From positions 1 through 43,581 of the forward strand of contig CAZGSN010000667.1 in assembly GCA_964528465.1 (NCBI GenBank): 43,581 nt of DNA. Reading direction: 5' to 3'. A model generated the notes under the pieces. It saw only the letters and a list, made by a program, of their open reading frames with translations, was not told the DNA's origin and made no database searches. Of the stretch, positions 41,901-43,581 are shown piece after piece. A program made the translations under genes and the position numbers. How positions within the stretch are numbered: position 1 is the stretch's first letter; every line of letters begins with the position of its first letter. Source of the stretch: an uncultured Candidatus Binatia bacterium (GTDB taxonomy: Bacteria > Desulfobacterota > Binatia > HRBIN30).

Positions 41901-43285
41901 GCGAGCTGGCAACCCAGGAAGAGAGCTGCCTTCGTGAGGCTGAGCAAGCGCGTTGTAGCGGGCTTGTGGATTTGAATTTTCAAGCGCAATGCCGCTGTGG
42001 CTTCGATGGGGAAACGGCACCCGTCGCTGGAATCTTGGAACGTCTCGCTGCTCTGCGCCAGCAAATCGAGGAGCGCTTGCGCCTGTTCTTTGCGCAGGGC
42101 CAGGTCAAGGCACGCATCCGCCAGTGGCAACAGCAAGGGATCGAACTCAACCCAGCCACCCTGGCCTACCTCGACGGCAAACAACCGTGGCCGCAGGTCG
42201 AAGATCTTGCCGGCTTCGATGACTTTCTCGCCGGCGCCGACCTGGCTGCCGAGGTCGACGTCACGCCCATCCTCGAGTTGCTTGCCAGACGCACCTGGCG
42301 CCCCGACGATTTGCTGCGCGAGTTGCAGCGCTTGTTCCTCGCCACCAATGCCCCGCGTTTGCGCTTTGCAAGCCGGCCGGCGGGCCAGGTTCCGGACTCT
42401 GTCCTTGCCTGGTGCGCCGAGCAGTGCCTGCGCTCGGCGAGCCCCCTGCCCGGAGACTTCACCCGCGAAGAGCTGCGCCGGCTTGGCGGTTTGTTGCGTC
42501 CCGAATGGGTGAGCCCCAAAGCCTTACATCGGCTAGAGAAGCTCGGGCTTGAGGAGGCCGGTGTCGATCAGATTCTAACCTGGTTGCTTAGCGGTCAGGT
42601 GGCCGCGCCGGAGCAAGTAGAGGACAGCCAATCCGTCGTGGCCACTGCCATCGAGTTGTTGCACCCGACACCCGCCACAGGGCCACGGCAGCTCGGACAA
42701 GTCTGCGCCCGTCAATATCGCGATAGCCGACGCTTCCAGCGCATCGCACCCCAACGTTGGCTGCAGCACCTGGACGCCCTGGCGAAGGCTCCGCTTGCTG
42801 GCTTGCCGGACCTGACTACAGCGCTGCGCCAACATGAGGCAGCTCAGTGGCTCTTGGTGGATGCTCTTGGCCTCCCCCTCTTCGAGCTGGCAACCCAGCT
42901 CCTGCACGCCACGCTCAGCGAGTGGAGCCCGGCACAGATTTCCTTCGCGCAACGTTCCACCACGAACACCACCACTGACGGCTGCTACCGCGAACTCTTG
43001 GATGCCAATCTGGTGCACGAGATCACCAAGCTCGATGTTGTCGATACCTTACTGCACGCCGAGGCGACACCGTTCGCCGAGCTACAAGCTTTGGTGAGCA
43101 CGCGTCTCGCCGCCCCTTTACAACGCGTGGCTGGCCGCCTCGATCCGACACGCCCCCTGCTGGTATTTGCCGACCACGGCTTCCGCCTCAGCCCCAACGG
43201 ACGTCATTACGTCCACGGCGGCGCCTCGACCCTGGAACGTGTCGTCCCCCTGTGGCACTTCGCCGCACGCACGCGTCAGGGCTGA
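38966..43285 (+). CDS. 1439-aa fusion: BrxC/DUF6079-like P-loop ATPase N-terminus + PglZ-like (alkaline-phosphatase-fold) C-terminal domain
   Basis: The N-terminal pattern VVRLSDLESESSHWLGETFVLTKEVQAHL is followed by Walker A GHYGSGKSH (nt 39185-39211) and Walker B LVLLFDELSEF (DE at 39422-39427). The C-terminal ~150 aa (nt ~42840-43282) reads WLLVDALGLPLF...RSTTNTTTDGCYRELL...LLVFADHGFRLSPNGRHYVHGGASTLERVVPLW. This follows the PglZ pattern (vvDalr..l / T-rich nucleophile segment / sDHGf / yaHGG.S..E..vP). The GTG start at 38966 is uncertain; ATG 38987 is the alternative. Confidence 0.75.
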   Translation: MRWPCTPMSYPCSLIRDCVEVRRHPTVVRLSDLESESSHWLGETFVLTKEVQAHLAALQHCLRQPHGSGVFLIGHYGSGKSHLLAYLALQLRGQWVPEPPHVVPISLVNFGSTNRLEDIVAGALGVAVGGGDRRPAWEAILAQHARGLVLLFDELSEFLRAKPDARGLSEDVRFLQFLGEYAQDHRLWIVAAMQEEIEHTGALDFELYRKIKDRYPLRLLLTPAHVQALVADSILIKKPVYAGAVQELCRDLKPLASETSMDFETLQRVYPLHPATLNMLEEIRDRFSQARGVIDFTVTRLLGDPARGVDAFLDQPFGSLLTPDTIVDHFQDLFEVQPEFLPLAQQLLPWYANHLDELFDRPALRDLARRILKLLLLVHLSPAREALRPNEALGWLMLMATRLEPSRNRAVIERVLTTLADRGRYVVRQGDGYRLDLRDDSAATLERLLAREVAALEGQGTLVLERLVPLLPATAFNPFHGTRNRWQHRRVTWYFHERRFALWVGDENPEVPRDQLGICLRLPWGNRDPAPGCFTVLPAAMEVTPALVELAALQYLREQPASPELARRVAQRLDSRRTLWEQAVRTAWQSAQLLTPDAASEPAPRLDPQSGFEAWLDQVALTALRRTYPAFERFAPQHGPLPKEAWLRFLRFAVKEDLGSPLADEYVRLIREAYLVPMGLLRRKGQEYTTPANLDRHELVTLLAPLLQREANPRSVHEHLSAPIYGLVPDQINLLLVFLLLQGEIDILKDRRSYRETFELLPNPLQYDRIVAGTALSSEALRDLEHLCRGLGLAVPSQWSALTQRRTAHQLKELGRRETEHQLPLLRQLVDSEHTALAKRLQAHIDMWASLEAGKDALHGLQQFLFNIGTASAFLADREALRELPERIPRLLAQAQRLTHVLQHPIVRRLQPVDSQALGASPGLDDLPGFERWLQRADRLYEAHKASYRERHEAWWNSVPKSEPWQCPPLARSRHLDLSELATQEESCLREAEQARCSGLVDLNFQAQCRCGFDGETAPVAGILERLAALRQQIEERLRLFFAQGQVKARIRQWQQQGIELNPATLAYLDGKQPWPQVEDLAGFDDFLAGADLAAEVDVTPILELLARRTWRPDDLLRELQRLFLATNAPRLRFASRPAGQVPDSVLAWCAEQCLRSASPLPGDFTREELRRLGGLLRPEWVSPKALHRLEKLGLEEAGVDQILTWLLSGQVAAPEQVEDSQSVVATAIELLHPTPATGPRQLGQVCARQYRDSRRFQRIAPQRWLQHLDALAKAPLAGLPDLTTALRQHEAAQWLLVDALGLPLFELATQLLHATLSEWSPAQISFAQRSTTNTTTDGCYRELLDANLVHEITKLDVVDTLLHAEATPFAELQALVSTRLAAPLQRVAGRLDPTRPLLVFADHGFRLSPNGRHYVHGGASTLERVVPLWHFAARTRQG

Positions 43286-43299
43286 TGATCGGTGACTCT

Positions 43300-43374
43300 G
43301 GTGGCTGGTGGCTTGTGGAGAGGAGGTTGATTTTCAGGCAACTACGACCTACCGGCCACAAGCCACAAGCCACC
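43300..43374 (+). terminator. Long hairpin downstream of the ATPase-PglZ gene (candidate terminator or structured element)
   Basis: ggtggctggtggcttgtgg (43300-43318) pairs with ccacaagccacaagccacc (43356-43374): a 19-bp stem with 1 mismatch and a 37-nt loop. The right arm is a tandem GCCACAA heptamer. No U-tract follows. Confidence 0.35.
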
Positions 43375-43458
43375 ACCTTGCGCTATCCCGAAGCCGGATG
43401 GTAGGACAGCCGCACTCTTCCGCTTGCGGTAGAGACTATTGAGCAAGGAGAACTTCCC

Positions 43459-43581
43459 ATGGCCGCTCCCATCTATGTGCTTGGTGGATACCAAACCGAC
43501 TTTGCCCGCAACTGGAACAAGGAGAGCAAGCACATCGTTGCGATGATGCGTGAGGCGGTGGAGGGTGGCCTGGAGGCAACC
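43459..43581 (+). CDS. Thiolase-like protein (SCP-x/acetyl-CoA acetyltransferase-like), N-terminal 41 codons only
   Basis: ATG 43459 is preceded by AAGGAG (43445-43450, 8-nt spacer). The translation is [41 protein letters not shown]. The IYV.GGyQTdF start is typical of thiolase-fold proteins. The frame is open to the window end. Confidence 0.65.
   Translation, partial: MAAPIYVLGGYQTDFARNWNKESKHIVAMMREAVEGGLEAT

Noticed and set aside
39082-42519. ORFs nested in or antisense to the ATPase-PglZ gene (39236..39958, 39709..40482, 40323..40928, 41260..41799, 41997..42512)
   Set aside because: They are Arg/Pro/Ser-rich shadow frames. The long + frame carries Walker A/B and PglZ-like motifs.

Overview
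High-GC bacterial chromosomal segment. Spot counts of single 60-nt lines give about 62-67% GC in most genes, dropping to about 45-55% between roughly 19.7 and 31.5 kb. The host is probably diderm: there are lipobox lipoproteins and a BcsC-like outer-membrane barrel. I saw no rRNA, tRNA, CRISPR array, transposase or integrase. Left to right, the window contains: (1) housekeeping or accessory minus-strand genes, namely a partial FecR-like Trp-rich secreted protein, a DUF1232 protein, an active/inactive M16 peptidase pair split by a repeat-filled spacer, and a small membrane protein; (2) a small toxin-antitoxin patch with orphan brnA, a 5'-truncated brnT and an intact mazEF; (3) the dominant feature, about 32 kb (6.5-38.7 kb). 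This region encodes five very large polytopic membrane proteins whose N-terminal parts look like GT-C-fold (GT39/PMT/ArnT-like and DUF2298 'YYY') glycosyltransferases. Four of the five are fused to periplasmic NHL propellers, PA14-like modules or a degenerate propeller. The region also encodes a translationally coupled SAM methyltransferase, a secreted or lipid-anchored LamG-LamG-FN3-like-propeller protein of about 1715 aa with three Pro/Thr linkers, a SEC-C motif protein, and a roughly 2100-aa TPR protein ending in a BcsC-like beta-barrel preceded by a small lipoprotein; (4) a divergently transcribed 1439-aa single polypeptide combining a BrxC/DUF6079-like P-loop ATPase N-terminus with a PglZ-like phosphatase-fold C-terminus, with no other BREX gene in view; (5) the 5' end of a thiolase-like gene. 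Two candidates for undescribed biology stand out: the GT-C/propeller/PA14/BcsC-like envelope cluster, which has no recognisable synthase or lipid-sugar donor genes, and the stand-alone ATPase-PglZ fusion. Several intergenic spacers carry nested hairpin (REP/MITE-like) repeats and one perfect 18-bp palindrome. All domain calls come from motif recognition by eye and need HMM or structure confirmation.
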